Shown here in pieces: positions 49,154-59,010 of a stretch of DNA of 64,000 bases. A program made the position numbers and the translations under genes. Under the pieces are notes generated by a model. That model was not told the origin of the DNA, ran no database searches, and was given only the letters and a program-made list of their open reading frames with translations. This DNA comes from Bacteroidota bacterium (GTDB lineage Bacteria; Bacteroidota; Bacteroidia; UBA8524), in contig WGMZ01000031.1 of the NCBI GenBank assembly GCA_016124735.1, positions 52,147 to 116,146 of the forward strand. Direction: 5' to 3'. Position 1 is the first letter of the stretch. Every line of letters starts with the position of its first letter.

Positions 49154-49244
49154 TTCGCTGCTAAGTGAAGAAAAGTTTGTCGAAACCAGGTTAAAAAGGG
49201 GATTCACACTTGATTGTGAACCATAGCTTCTCGAAATTTATAGG

Positions 49245-49619
49245 ATGAATGAGTTTCGATTTGAGAACATGCGGATATGGCAAGAAGGGATGAGACTCTC
49301 CATTATGCTCTTCGAAATTGCTAATCTAGCCGAAGACAAAAAATACTTTCGTTTTGCAGATCAACTTCGTGGCGCTACAATGAGCATTACAAACAATATT
49401 GCCGAAGGCGCAGGATCAACTTCAGATAAGGACTTCGCACATTTTCTGAATATTAGTAAACGCTCCATTTATGAATGCGTAAATATCTTACACCTTTATG
49501 AAATGTGCATGCTTATTCAAGCTGATAAACGCGAAACACTCTATCCAAATCTTGCTGCTTTGAGCAAACAAATCACCAATTTCAGAAAAGCACTTTTATC
49601 AAAAGAAAGAAAAATGTAA
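49245..49619 (+). CDS. Four-helix-bundle protein (TIGR02436 / '23S rRNA intervening-sequence protein' family)
   Basis: The 124-aa protein carries the segment W ... A ... L ... SITNNIAEGAGSTSDKDFAHFLNISKRSIYE, which is characteristic of this family. Confidence 0.7.
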   Translation: MNEFRFENMRIWQEGMRLSIMLFEIANLAEDKKYFRFADQLRGATMSITNNIAEGAGSTSDKDFAHFLNISKRSIYECVNILHLYEMCMLIQADKRETLYPNLAALSKQITNFRKALLSKERKM

Positions 49620-49647
49620 AGAGCTCCATGCCCCCGTCCCCCTGCTC

Positions 49648-51117
49648 CTAGCGCGAATAGTTCGGCGCCTCCTTGGTAATTGTAATATCGTGCGGATGAG
49701 ACTCTCTCACTGCCGCCGGGGAGATTTTCACAAACTGCGCTTGCTGCAATTCTTCAATCGTCTTCGCACCGCAGTATCCCATTCCTGCTTTCAAGCCTCC
49801 TACATGCTGGTAAACAATCTCTTTCAGACTGCCCTTGTATGGAACAATTCCCACAATACCTTCGGGTACCAATTTGGCTATTTCTTCTTCTGCATCCTGG
49901 AAATAACGGTCTTTTGAACCTTGCTTCATTGCTTCAATAGATCCCATTCCGCGATACGATTTTACCTTCCTTCCTTCGTAGATGATGGTTTCACCCGGAG
50001 ATTCCTCTACCCCCGCAAACATGGAACCTGCCATAATGGTGCTGGCTCCCGCCACAATTGCTTTTACAATATCTCCACTGTAACGTATTCCTCCATCTGC
50101 TATGATCGGCACCCCGGTTCCCTGCAAGGCGGCTGCCGAATCCATAATGGCCGATAATTGGGGAACACCAATGCCCGCAATAATTCGTGTGGTGCAGATG
50201 GAACCTGGTCCCACTCCAACCTTCACCGCATCTGCTCCTGCATCCACAAGATGTTTTGCTGCAGCCCCGGTAGCCACGTTACCAACAATGATCTGAAGAT
50301 CCGGAAATTTCGACTTGACCCTTTTCAGTTCCTGCGCCACATACATGGAATGTCCATGTGCCGTATCAATGGTAATTACATCAACCCCCGCAGCAACCAA
50401 TGCTTCCACTCTTTCGAGCGTCTCCGCCTTGATGCCAACGGCAGCCCCAACCATTAAGCGACCTAAATTGTCCTTATTCGCTAAGGGGTTATCGCTGTGC
50501 TTGAGTATATCTTTATATGTGATCAAGCCGGTAAGTCTGCCGTTTTTATCCGTTACCGGTAATTTCTCGATTCGGTGCTGTTTGAGTATCTCTTCTGCCT
50601 GCCCCAAGGTAGTGCCCTCGGGCGCCGTAACCAGACCTTCCTGCGTCATCACATCCTTGACCATTTTGCCTTTGTCGTACTCGAACCTTAAATCGCGATT
50701 TGTCAAAATACCCACCAGTTTCTTTCCTTCGTCTACAACAGGAATACCTCCAATTTTATTCTCCTTCATCAATTCCAGAGCTTTGCCGATGGTATCTTTC
50801 GGATACAATGTAATCGGATCTAAAATCATCCCGCTTTCCGATCTCTTCACGCGGCGCACTTCCAAAGCCTGCTTCTCAATGCTCATGTTTTTATGAAGTA
50901 TTCCAATTCCTCCAACCTGAGCAAGAGCAATTGCCAGTCCTGATTCTGTGACCGTGTCCATCGCCGCAGAAACGATTGGCACATTGATATTCAATTCACG
51001 GGTCAGTTTAGTAGTGGTAGTTACTTCCCGAGGAAGAATTTCTGAGTATGCAGGAACAACGAGAACATCATCAAAAGTCAGTGACTCTCCAATGATTTTG
51101 TTTGTGAAATCGATCAT
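49648..51117 (-). CDS. guaB: IMP dehydrogenase
   Basis: The start [22 protein letters not shown] is the internal Met at 51117. The ORF-track start at 51174 adds 19 residues that do not resemble IMPDH. Tandem CBS domains, the catalytic region [11 protein letters not shown] and the [12 protein letters not shown] motif are present. Confidence 0.9.
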   Translation of the reverse strand: MIDFTNKIIGESLTFDDVLVVPAYSEILPREVTTTTKLTRELNINVPIVSAAMDTVTESGLAIALAQVGGIGILHKNMSIEKQALEVRRVKRSESGMILDPITLYPKDTIGKALELMKENKIGGIPVVDEGKKLVGILTNRDLRFEYDKGKMVKDVMTQEGLVTAPEGTTLGQAEEILKQHRIEKLPVTDKNGRLTGLITYKDILKHSDNPLANKDNLGRLMVGAAVGIKAETLERVEALVAAGVDVITIDTAHGHSMYVAQELKRVKSKFPDLQIIVGNVATGAAAKHLVDAGADAVKVGVGPGSICTTRIIAGIGVPQLSAIMDSAAALQGTGVPIIADGGIRYSGDIVKAIVAGASTIMAGSMFAGVEESPGETIIYEGRKVKSYRGMGSIEAMKQGSKDRYFQDAEEEIAKLVPEGIVGIVPYKGSLKEIVYQHVGGLKAGMGYCGAKTIEELQQAQFVKISPAAVRESHPHDITITKEAPNYSR

Positions 51118-51319
51118 AATGGCAATTATTCTGAGGCTTTTCAGATTGAAGCCGATTGCCGGTTTATAGAGCAAACGACCTAAATGAGGGTACCTCGTTT
51201 GCGGTGCAAAGATAGCTTATAAGTTTGGAATTAAGAATTAAGAAATTCTTATTCTTTTGTAGTGGGATGTTCGACCGCGATTCATGTTTAAACCGAGTTA
51301 GTCGGTGTTGGAGTCTGGT

Positions 51320-51400
51320 TAATCCCGGGTCAGTTCGAGAACTAAACAGTGTGATTTCTCGATCGTCTGGCACTTCTCGAACAGGCTCGAAGTGACTGAA
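51320..51400. repeat. Degenerate copy of the palindromic repeat family seen at 58.8-59.65 kb
   Basis: GTCAGTTCGAGAACT ... CACTTCTCGAACAGGCTCGAAGTGACTG shares the GTCAGTTCGAG / CTCGAAGTGAC arms with the repeats flanking the GIY-YIG gene. Confidence 0.5.
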
Positions 51401-51414
51401 TCTCAAAAGTCAGT

Positions 51415-54003
51415 TCAGGAATTTTTGCGGGAAGAATACCTCAGCTTCTCCGAAATAGCCATCAGGAAACCTATAATCATCACGATGGTTCCCCCCCATA
51501 AAAAATTAATGTACGGAAATACGATCGCTTTTAAGATGATATAGTCTTTTACCGGCGGCTTAACCGCCACATCAAACACAAATGTCGTTTTTGAATAGTC
51601 TTCCGGAGTTGTCCGGATATCCGTAAATTTAAAACGCAGTCCCAAATCGGGCAGTTCATCCGGAATGCTCACCGACTGATCGCCCTGCAATGCAAACACC
51701 GGATGGGCATACAAGGTGTCTTGTGCTCCCTCTACCTTCATCTCTGCCATAAGCACATGGTCGGCATCTTCCAGTCCCATTTCCTTTTTGTCCGTACTCG
51801 GTGTTACCAATGTTAAAATCGCATCCCCATTGTCGGTATGGATGGTATCACCCAAGCGAATTTCATAGGTATGAAACTGCTCATAGGGCGCTTTTCGGGC
51901 CGACTCTTTATCCGGTACCGAGCTCACATGAGTGAAGACATCGTGCGATAAATAATGCCGTGTATCCGGGTTGCTAACGAGTCCCATTTTTGGATTTACC
52001 TGGGCATTTGGTTGAAGCACAAATTCATCGTTTGTATAAGTCTTTGTCTTCCGGTCAAATCCCCGATAACGAACTTTGTAGTAGGTATTTGGACCAATCG
52101 TGGTGTCGCCAAAATAGGTGGCTTCATAGTCTCCCAACAAGGTCGGCTGATTCTTCAAGAGCAGCACATGCTCTCGGTTGGCTTCGTCGTCAAAGTTTTC
52201 GCTGAAAGCCATCCCGCTTTGATTGATGGAAATCACATGCTTGCCCGAACCCGAACTGATAATGCCAACCAGCATCAATCCAAAACCAATATGCGCAACA
52301 GAACCACCCGCCACATTTAACTTGCCCTTGAGAGTATTCATCCAGTAAAAGGAATTGCCCACAATGGCAAATACTGCACTTAACAAAAAGGCCACCAATA
52401 GCGCGTCACGAAGATGGAAGAGGATAACCAACAACAGGGTAATGCCCATCGATGAAAGTAGTACTATGGTAAACTGAAGCCAGAATTTCTTCATGTCGGT
52501 TTTGCGGTACTTCAATAACTGACCAAAACCCACCATCATCCCAATAATCAAAGCAATTGGCAACTGCCACTGGTTGTAGTAGGCCACCACATCAACAGGA
52601 GGAGCCTTATCAAAATCAAAGAGTTTGTTCCATACCGGCATGGATGTATTGAGGATAACCTGAAAACAAGAAATCACAAAAACCAATGCCCCGATATACA
52701 TCCAAAACTCCCTGGTTCCCAGCTCTTCGTCTGCCTGCGAGGTTTTTGGAACAATCTGATAAATAGAATAAAATACAGCCCCAAGACTGATTGCAATCAA
52801 TGGAATATGGACGGCTTCAACATATCCCTGCCACATTGCAATGGCTGTTCCGACTGCCAATAAGGCCAGAAATACAGACCGTAGTTTCTTTCCTTTCAGT
52901 GCCAGATAAGAAGGCAATGCGATAAAGAAGAAGAGAAACAGCAGCAGCTGACCGCTCATCCCCAAATCCGTAAATGCGTGAACCGAGGTGTTCCCCAATA
53001 TGCCACTTCGTGTTAGAAATGTTGCATACAAGACAAGGATAAATCCAAAAATTGCCAGGATATAGCTGATATAAAGTGCTTTTCCTGTTTTTGTAAAGAT
53101 GATGAGCGTATGGCTAAGACCAATCAATAACAACCAGGGAATGAGGGAAGCGTTTTCAACCGGGTCCCAGGCCCAGTATCCGCCAAAGCTCAATGATTCG
53201 TAGGCCCAGAAACCACCCATTACGATGCCCGTTCCCAGCACCATTACCCCGAATAAGGTCCATGTGAGAGCCGGCTTGATCCATTCTTTGATTTTGCCAA
53301 GCATAAGGCCAGCCATGGCGTATGCAAAAGGCACGATGGAAGCCGCAAAACCCAGGAACAAGGTGGGTGGGTGTATCACCATCCAATAATTCTGGAGCAA
53401 AGGATTCAAGCCATTTCCATCTCTTATCCCGGTGAGGTAGTTCTCTGCTCCCCGTATTTGGATAAAAGGAAGTTGGAAAATTTCAGGTTGTGCATCCCGA
53501 AGCAATATAAAGGGGTTACTTCCAATCCTGGCTCCGGCAATTTCAATGCCCAGCAACATGGTGGACAGCATCACCTGGGCCAATGAAATAATCATCATCA
53601 CCGGCGCTTCCCATTCTTTTGTGCGGTACATCAATATCCATCCAAGAATCACATGCCAGGTCATCCAAAGAAGAAAGCTTCCTTCCTGCCCTTCCCAGAA
53701 ACAACTTACCATGTAGCGCAGCGGCAGTTCCAGTGAGGAATGCTGGTAAGCATATTGGTATTCGAAATAATGCTGTTGGATGATTACAAAAAGGCTCGCG
53801 AAAATGCTGACCACCGCCAGGCCATGAATCCAGAATCCAATTCTGCCAAGTCGCTTCCAAAAGGTGCGATCCGGTTCATTGAATGTTGCAAATGCATATA
53901 CAAATGCAGTGAAAAGCGATGCAGCAAAAGAAAGGTAAACACTAATTTTACCGAGGTTGCCAATCCATAAATGCTCTCCTGTGAAGGATAGGACTTCTGT
54001 CAT
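51415..54003 (-). CDS. ccmF: Cytochrome c-type biogenesis heme lyase subunit CcmF
   Basis: The 862-aa polytopic protein carries the WWD motif GGYWAWDPVENASLIPWLL. It sits immediately downstream of ccmE, ccmD and ccmC. Confidence 0.8.
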   Translation of the reverse strand: MTEVLSFTGEHLWIGNLGKISVYLSFAASLFTAFVYAFATFNEPDRTFWKRLGRIGFWIHGLAVVSIFASLFVIIQQHYFEYQYAYQHSSLELPLRYMVSCFWEGQEGSFLLWMTWHVILGWILMYRTKEWEAPVMMIISLAQVMLSTMLLGIEIAGARIGSNPFILLRDAQPEIFQLPFIQIRGAENYLTGIRDGNGLNPLLQNYWMVIHPPTLFLGFAASIVPFAYAMAGLMLGKIKEWIKPALTWTLFGVMVLGTGIVMGGFWAYESLSFGGYWAWDPVENASLIPWLLLIGLSHTLIIFTKTGKALYISYILAIFGFILVLYATFLTRSGILGNTSVHAFTDLGMSGQLLLFLFFFIALPSYLALKGKKLRSVFLALLAVGTAIAMWQGYVEAVHIPLIAISLGAVFYSIYQIVPKTSQADEELGTREFWMYIGALVFVISCFQVILNTSMPVWNKLFDFDKAPPVDVVAYYNQWQLPIALIIGMMVGFGQLLKYRKTDMKKFWLQFTIVLLSSMGITLLLVILFHLRDALLVAFLLSAVFAIVGNSFYWMNTLKGKLNVAGGSVAHIGFGLMLVGIISSGSGKHVISINQSGMAFSENFDDEANREHVLLLKNQPTLLGDYEATYFGDTTIGPNTYYKVRYRGFDRKTKTYTNDEFVLQPNAQVNPKMGLVSNPDTRHYLSHDVFTHVSSVPDKESARKAPYEQFHTYEIRLGDTIHTDNGDAILTLVTPSTDKKEMGLEDADHVLMAEMKVEGAQDTLYAHPVFALQGDQSVSIPDELPDLGLRFKFTDIRTTPEDYSKTTFVFDVAVKPPVKDYIILKAIVFPYINFLWGGTIVMIIGFLMAISEKLRYSSRKNS

Positions 54004-54407
54004 GATTCCGACGCGTTATACTGGCTTTCTTCCAGTTTGCCGTCGTTGTATTTAGACGGGCATTTTAATAAAATACTGGATGCACGGAAATTTTCTCCAT
54101 CCATTTTTCCAATTATCACCACCTTTTCCGACCGCTCTAAATCAGCGGGTTTCGGACTGTTGAATATCACCTTACGCACCTCCTGGGTGCTGTCTTTCAA
54201 ATAAAATTCAAGATGATTGGGGTCCATCTCGGGATTGTACTTCAAGCTCGAGTCTCGCACCAGTTGACCAATCACGTGAAACTCTTTTCCGGGAGTAGCT
54301 TTGGCTGTTTCAAATGTTACGTATTGTGAAGCATTGCCATATAAACTGATGATTGCTGCTATTCCGACTGCAATCAATACAATGATGATAATATAACGGG
54401 GCTTCAT
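54000..54407 (-). CDS. ccmE: Cytochrome c maturation heme chaperone CcmE, CxxxY variant
   Basis: An N-terminal TM anchor is followed by an OB-fold-like body. The C-terminal LLKCPSKY aligns with the canonical CcmE LAKHDENY heme-binding motif, with His replaced by Cys. Confidence 0.65.
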   Translation of the reverse strand: MKPRYIIIIVLIAVGIAAIISLYGNASQYVTFETAKATPGKEFHVIGQLVRDSSLKYNPEMDPNHLEFYLKDSTQEVRKVIFNSPKPADLERSEKVVIIGKMDGENFRASSILLKCPSKYNDGKLEESQYNASES

Positions 54408-54625
54408 CCTTTGCTCTCCTTTTCCAATTTTTTTACTCTGCGATCGAGGTAGATCAAAAACACAATCAAACCAATAAATATGGTTGCCAGGACGGCCACC
54501 ACTACATTAATTTTTCCGTTTGCCCTCATTACGTCTGCCATTTCAGCATCCTGAGCCGATGCGGCCATTGTGATTAATAGCGAAATAAGTAAGGTCATGA
54601 GTCTATTCATCTTCCAGCTCCTCAT
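54404..54625 (-). CDS. Small membrane protein in the CcmD position
   Basis: The 73-aa protein has one or two hydrophobic segments and lies between ccmC and ccmE, overlapping both at its ends. Confidence 0.4.
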   Translation of the reverse strand: MRSWKMNRLMTLLISLLITMAASAQDAEMADVMRANGKINVVVAVLATIFIGLIVFLIYLDRRVKKLEKESKG

Positions 54626-55271
54626 GTAGTTCTAATTTTTTAATGCGTGTTCTTAAAGTGGCTATCCAGGTTCCTATCAAAATCCATCCCAGCACAGCGG
54701 GATAAAATACCATTCTCATTCCATCGTCCAGGTCGTATTTACTGAATCCGGGATTCCCTCCATTTCCTGGATGCAAAGAATCGTTGATTCGCGGCAATAC
54801 AAATATGAGCACGACGAAAATGGGATAGGCAAAAATATTGAATACCGCACTGACCCTGGCTCTTTTTTCATGGTCCTCAATGGCCTGCCTCAGGATGTAA
54901 TAACCGGCATAAATAAGCATGCCAATCGCCACTCCATTTAACTTCGGATCATTTGTCCAGAAAAAGCCCCAGGTAAACTGGGCCCATATCATCCCGGTCA
55001 GAATGCCAAACAAGCCAAGCATCATTCCTGTATAAGTGAATTCTGTGGCCCGTATGTCAAATTTTTTCTTCTGATTTCCAAGATATATTATGCTCATCAC
55101 AAAAGAAGCCGTGAGCATGGCTATCATGGAAAACCACATCGGAACATGGAAATACAGGTTCCGGATGCTTTCATTCAGAATATCTAATCTGGGCACAGGA
55201 TTCAGGAGTCCGGCAATTACGCTGTAAAATACCAGCGCGGCGCCCAGAAATTTCCACCAGTTCTTTTTCAT
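54603..55271 (-). CDS. ccmC: Heme exporter protein CcmC
   Basis: The 222-aa polytopic protein carries a Trp-rich loop WAQFTWGFFWTNDPKLNG (WWD-type). Confidence 0.7.
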   Translation of the reverse strand: MKKNWWKFLGAALVFYSVIAGLLNPVPRLDILNESIRNLYFHVPMWFSMIAMLTASFVMSIIYLGNQKKKFDIRATEFTYTGMMLGLFGILTGMIWAQFTWGFFWTNDPKLNGVAIGMLIYAGYYILRQAIEDHEKRARVSAVFNIFAYPIFVVLIFVLPRINDSLHPGNGGNPGFSKYDLDDGMRMVFYPAVLGWILIGTWIATLRTRIKKLELHEELEDE

Positions 55272-55329
55272 GCGATTGGAGCTGCAAAGGTAGTGAAGAA
55301 AATGAGATGAGGAATGCTATCTTCGCGCC

Positions 55330-55866
55330 ATGATTTTATCGGACAAACGCATCCAGGAAGAAATCGATAAAGGCAGCATTTTGATTGAGCCTTTCCGCAA
55401 AGAATGTCTGGGAACCAATTCTTATGATGTACACCTCGGAAGATACCTCGCAACCTATATCAACCGGGAGCTCGATGCGCGTGAACACAATAAAATCGAC
55501 ATATTCGAAATCCCTTCAGATGGATTTGTTCTGCATCCCGGTATCCTGTACCTCGGCGTAACTGAAGAATACACGGAAACGCATAAACATATTCCTTTCC
55601 TCGAGGGAAAAAGTTCTACCGGACGTTTGGGAATCGATATCCATGCCACTGCCGGGAAAGGAGATGTAGGGTTCTGTAATACCTGGACTCTGGAAATCTC
55701 AGTTGCCCAGCCGGTGAGAATTTATGCAGGGATGCCTATTGGCCAACTCATCTATTTTCAGGTGGAAGGAGAAATTGAAAACAGCTATTCCACTAAAAAA
55801 GGCGCCAAATACAATACCCGCACTGTAAAACCGGTGGAGAGTATGATGTGGAAGAATAAGTTTTAG
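55330..55866 (+). CDS. dcd: dCTP deaminase
   Basis: The N-terminus is MILSDKRIQEEIDKGSILIEPF ... GTNSYDVHLG. The 178-aa length and dUTPase-like fold pattern fit. Confidence 0.85.
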   Translation: MILSDKRIQEEIDKGSILIEPFRKECLGTNSYDVHLGRYLATYINRELDAREHNKIDIFEIPSDGFVLHPGILYLGVTEEYTETHKHIPFLEGKSSTGRLGIDIHATAGKGDVGFCNTWTLEISVAQPVRIYAGMPIGQLIYFQVEGEIENSYSTKKGAKYNTRTVKPVESMMWKNKF

Positions 55867-56056
55867 TCAGACCATGGAGTTCCCTATTCCAAGTAATAGT
55901 AGCTGTCAAATTTTCGTTGGACTGTCGATTGGAGAGACGCCGAACGACTTTTACTGCGTCACTCCTTAATACGAGAGCGATCCGGCGTCTTGCCGAATAA
56001 GATAGTTGAATCCAGTTTAAAGAATATTTGCAGGAAGTTGGTAGTTGGAAATTACT

Positions 56057-56960
56057 TTAGGGATACAAATTACTGATTCTGAATGCCATCACCGTTCGAT
56101 CATCCGAACAAGAAACAAACGTATTTTCATCCATCCAGATGATGGAATTGACCGAACTAGTATGAGCAGCAAGCCGTTCCCGGTCTATCACTTTTAGCAA
56201 CTGACCGTTTTCAGCATTCCATAGTTTGATGCTTTTATCCATGCTTCCCGAAACGAGGTATTTTTCATCCGGGCTCAAAGCCAATGCATGAATGCTGTAC
56301 CAGTGGGCTTCCAATTCCTGTATTCTTTTCTGATCTTTCCAAATATGGATATGTGCATCTCGTCCGGCAGAATACAGAAATTCTTTTGAGCCACACATTA
56401 CGAAGACAGAATTCTTACTCATTTCCCAAACAGTCCCGGTCTCCCAGGTACTGGCATCTATCGACCAGGCTTTTCCTGCTGAGCCAGAAACAAACAATTG
56501 TTCTTTATGTCTCCAAATGCTGCGTAAACTTTTATCAGAGAGAGGAATTTCCCACTCCAGATGACGTTCCGTATTCCAAACCCTCAGGTTTCCATCCCCT
56601 CCGGCAGATATCAATTGTTTATTCTGATAGCTCAGCTCAAATATCGATTCCGGGTGTGCCTGCCATTGAGCCAACAACACATTCGTGTTCACGTCAATTT
56701 CATAAATACTTCCAACACGTGTACCCAAAGCACATCGACCGGTTTTATTATCGTATGCCACGCTGAAAATCTGTTCCGGAATACGTGCCAATAAACGGCC
56801 ATCTTTTTCTCCGATATTCCATTTTACCAGCATACCTCCGCCACCGGCAGAAAGAAAATGCAGTGCATCCACCTGGCATAATGCATAGACACTTTGCTGA
56901 TGCCCCCTGAATTCCGCTATTTTTGAAACCTGTATGCCCAAGATCTGGCAAAAATATAGT
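56057..56960 (-). CDS. WD40-repeat protein. The start is uncertain: the ORF-track ORF extends to 57175 but overlaps the divergent PPTase gene.
   Basis: WD signatures recur about every 40 aa (LISAGGDGNLRVWN, LVSGSMDKSIKLWN, FVSCSDDRTVMAF), giving 6-7 blades. Confidence 0.6.
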
Positions 56961-56969
56961 AATTCCGGG

Positions 56970-57551
56970 AGTATGCTCGGCGTTTGGGATATTACCGAAT
57001 CGATAGAAGACATGCGCGACCAATTGCAGGTGGATGAAATCCCTTCAATTAAAAATGAACTACGATTAAGACAATATCTCGGTTCGCGCATACTCCTGCA
57101 GGAAATGCTTCGCGAATTGAAGGTTGAAAATGTTCGACTGCACAAAATGGATAGCGGGCAACCGTATCTTTCCATACCTCAATGGAATGTGAGCATTTCA
57201 CATGCCGACCGCTTTGCCGCCATTGCACTCTCTCCGCAAAGAATTGGCATTGACATTGAAAAATTGAGTCCACGAATCAAACGTATTCAGAATAAGTTCA
57301 TGAATAAAGAAGAATTAGCCTGCTTAAAGGATGAGGAAGATTTGAATTGGATGCATGTAGTTTGGTCGGCCAAAGAAGCTTTATTTAAATACCATCCTGG
57401 TAGAGATTTCGATTTCAGGACTCATCTTCTTGTGAAACCGGAAGGCAATAATCGTCTACATGCAGAAATTCATCAGACACATCCTACAGAACAACTTTAT
57501 GTGGAATACGAATGGATACAGGACTTTGTGCTGGCCTGGACTGAATTCTAA
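56970..57551 (+). CDS. 4'-phosphopantetheinyl transferase (Sfp/EntD-type). The start is taken at the internal Met (MLGVWDI).
   Basis: The conserved GIDIEK and WSAKEALFK motifs are present. Confidence 0.7.
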   Translation, partial: SMLGVWDITESIEDMRDQLQVDEIPSIKNELRLRQYLGSRILLQEMLRELKVENVRLHKMDSGQPYLSIPQWNVSISHADRFAAIALSPQRIGIDIEKLSPRIKRIQNKFMNKEELACLKDEEDLNWMHVVWSAKEALFKYHPGRDFDFRTHLLVKPEGNNRLHAEIHQTHPTEQLYVEYEWIQDFVLAWTEF

Positions 57552-57620
57552 TTGATTAACATGACTTGCATCACATTGCGTTCGATTGAATTTGCGTATC
57601 TTGCGGACCAATTTTGATAA

Positions 57621-58724
57621 ATGAATTTTAAAAAACCCAAATTTTCGCATGAACAACATGCGGAGTTTTTCGTAACCCTGAAGAAAAGAGTGAATCACTA
57701 TTTTCAGCAGAATCAGTTCAGCACTACAGGGGATCAACGCATGATTTTCAAAACGATTTTCATGTTTACTCTTTACCTTACTCCCTATTTCATGATTCTT
57801 TTCGGAGATTTCAGTTCTGGCTGGATCTATCTTACCCTATGGCTCATCATGGGTTTTGGTATGGCAGGAATCGGATTGAGCATCATGCACGACGCCAATC
57901 ATGGGGTCTATTCTAAAAATAAAATGTTGAATAACCTGATGTGTTATTCCATGAATCTCATAGGAAGCAACGCATTCATCTGGAAAATTCAGCACAATGT
58001 TTTGCATCACAGCTTCACCAATATTGAAGGAGCGGATCAGGACATAGACATTTCCTTCGTAATGCGCTTTTCTCCGCATCAGGAGCACCGTTGGTTTCAT
58101 AATTTCCAGCATTATTATGCCTGGATTTTGTACTCCTGGATGACCCTGGCGCGGGTATTTATTTCAGATTTTACGCGTATCAAACAGTACCGTGCAATGA
58201 ATCTGGTATCTCAAAAACAGGCAAAAAAGGAATTGCGTATTTCCATCATGTGGAAGCTTTCTTATTTCGTGTACATCCTGATTCTTCCAATTTTAATCCA
58301 TCCGGAACATTGGGCTTTGTTTCTGCTTAGCTTCTTCATGATGCACTTTATCTGTGGATTTATTCTGGCATTGATATTCCAAACAGCTCACGTAATGCCG
58401 AGCTGCGAGTACCCTTTAATGAATGAAGAAGGTAAAATTGAAAACAGCTGGGCAGTTCATGAACTGTTAACCACTACCAACTTCTCTCCTAAAAGCCGTT
58501 GGTTCAGTTGGGCTATTGGCGGATTGAATTTTCAGGTAGAACATCACCTGTTTCAGAATATTTCACACGTTCATTACCGTGACATCAGTAAGATTGTGCG
58601 CCAAACAGCAGAAGAATTTGGCCTTCCGTACAATTCGGAAGGATCGTTCATTAAAGCCGTATGGAACCATGCTAAAATGCTCCGCGCTCTGGGTAAAGGG
58701 CAGATGGAGCTGGTGAAAGCCTAA
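57621..58724 (+). CDS. Membrane fatty-acid desaturase
   Basis: Three His boxes are present: HDANHG, HNVLHH and QVEHHLF. The N-terminal half has four TM helices. Confidence 0.85.
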   Translation: MNFKKPKFSHEQHAEFFVTLKKRVNHYFQQNQFSTTGDQRMIFKTIFMFTLYLTPYFMILFGDFSSGWIYLTLWLIMGFGMAGIGLSIMHDANHGVYSKNKMLNNLMCYSMNLIGSNAFIWKIQHNVLHHSFTNIEGADQDIDISFVMRFSPHQEHRWFHNFQHYYAWILYSWMTLARVFISDFTRIKQYRAMNLVSQKQAKKELRISIMWKLSYFVYILILPILIHPEHWALFLLSFFMMHFICGFILALIFQTAHVMPSCEYPLMNEEGKIENSWAVHELLTTTNFSPKSRWFSWAIGGLNFQVEHHLFQNISHVHYRDISKIVRQTAEEFGLPYNSEGSFIKAVWNHAKMLRALGKGQMELVKA

Positions 58725-58811
58725 TCCATTCCGGCACCTAATACTGGTCAGCAGTTTAATACGAAATAAACGAAAGTCACTCAGGAAACTGGGTGGCTTT
58801 TTTGTTTCAGT

Positions 58812-58945
58812 CAGTTCGAGCTTGTCGAGAACTGCTTTACCCTTATTGAGTTCACTTCTCGACAAGCTCGAAGTGACTTTGCAAGCTCGAAGTGACTTTA
58901 CAAGCTCGAAGTGACTTTGCAAGCTCGAAGTGACTTCAACCAATG
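58812..58945. repeat. Palindromic repeat unit (about 70 bp hairpin) followed by 3.5 copies of the 19-bp tandem GCAAGCTCGAAGTGACTTT
   Basis: GTCAGTTCGAGCTTGTCGAGAACTGCTTTACCCTTATTGAGTTCACTTCTCGACAAGCTCGAAGTGACTTT has about 22-bp arms with one mismatch. It is followed by (G/A)CAAGCTCGAAGTGACTTT repeated. Confidence 0.85.
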
Positions 58946-59010
58946 TTGAAATAAAGTAAAATTACATTTCCTACTTGACCTCGTTAATCCTCATTTATTA
59001 AATTCTGAAA

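Noticed and set aside
48923-49207. ORFs across the polypurine repeat: a 94-aa Pro/Leu/Ala-rich ORF on the minus strand and two 61-aa Gly/Gln/Ala/Arg-rich ORFs on the plus strand
   Set aside because: All three are direct translations of the same GC-rich tandem repeat in different frames. There is no start context, and the low-complexity periodic peptides are repeat-driven artefacts.
50315-50896. A 193-aa plus-strand ORF and neighbouring short plus-strand ORFs
   Set aside because: They are antisense to guaB (high-confidence IMPDH). They have Ser/Thr/Pro-rich composition and no motifs.
51118-51174. An N-terminal 19-residue extension of guaB in the ORF track ([19 protein letters not shown])
   Set aside because: IMP dehydrogenases begin near M(I/T)x ... 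DDVLL/VP. The internal Met at 51117 gives the canonical N-terminus.
51164-51406. An 80-aa minus-strand ORF between guaB and ccmF
   Set aside because: It overlaps the guaB extension artefact and the degenerate palindromic repeat copy. There are no coding features.
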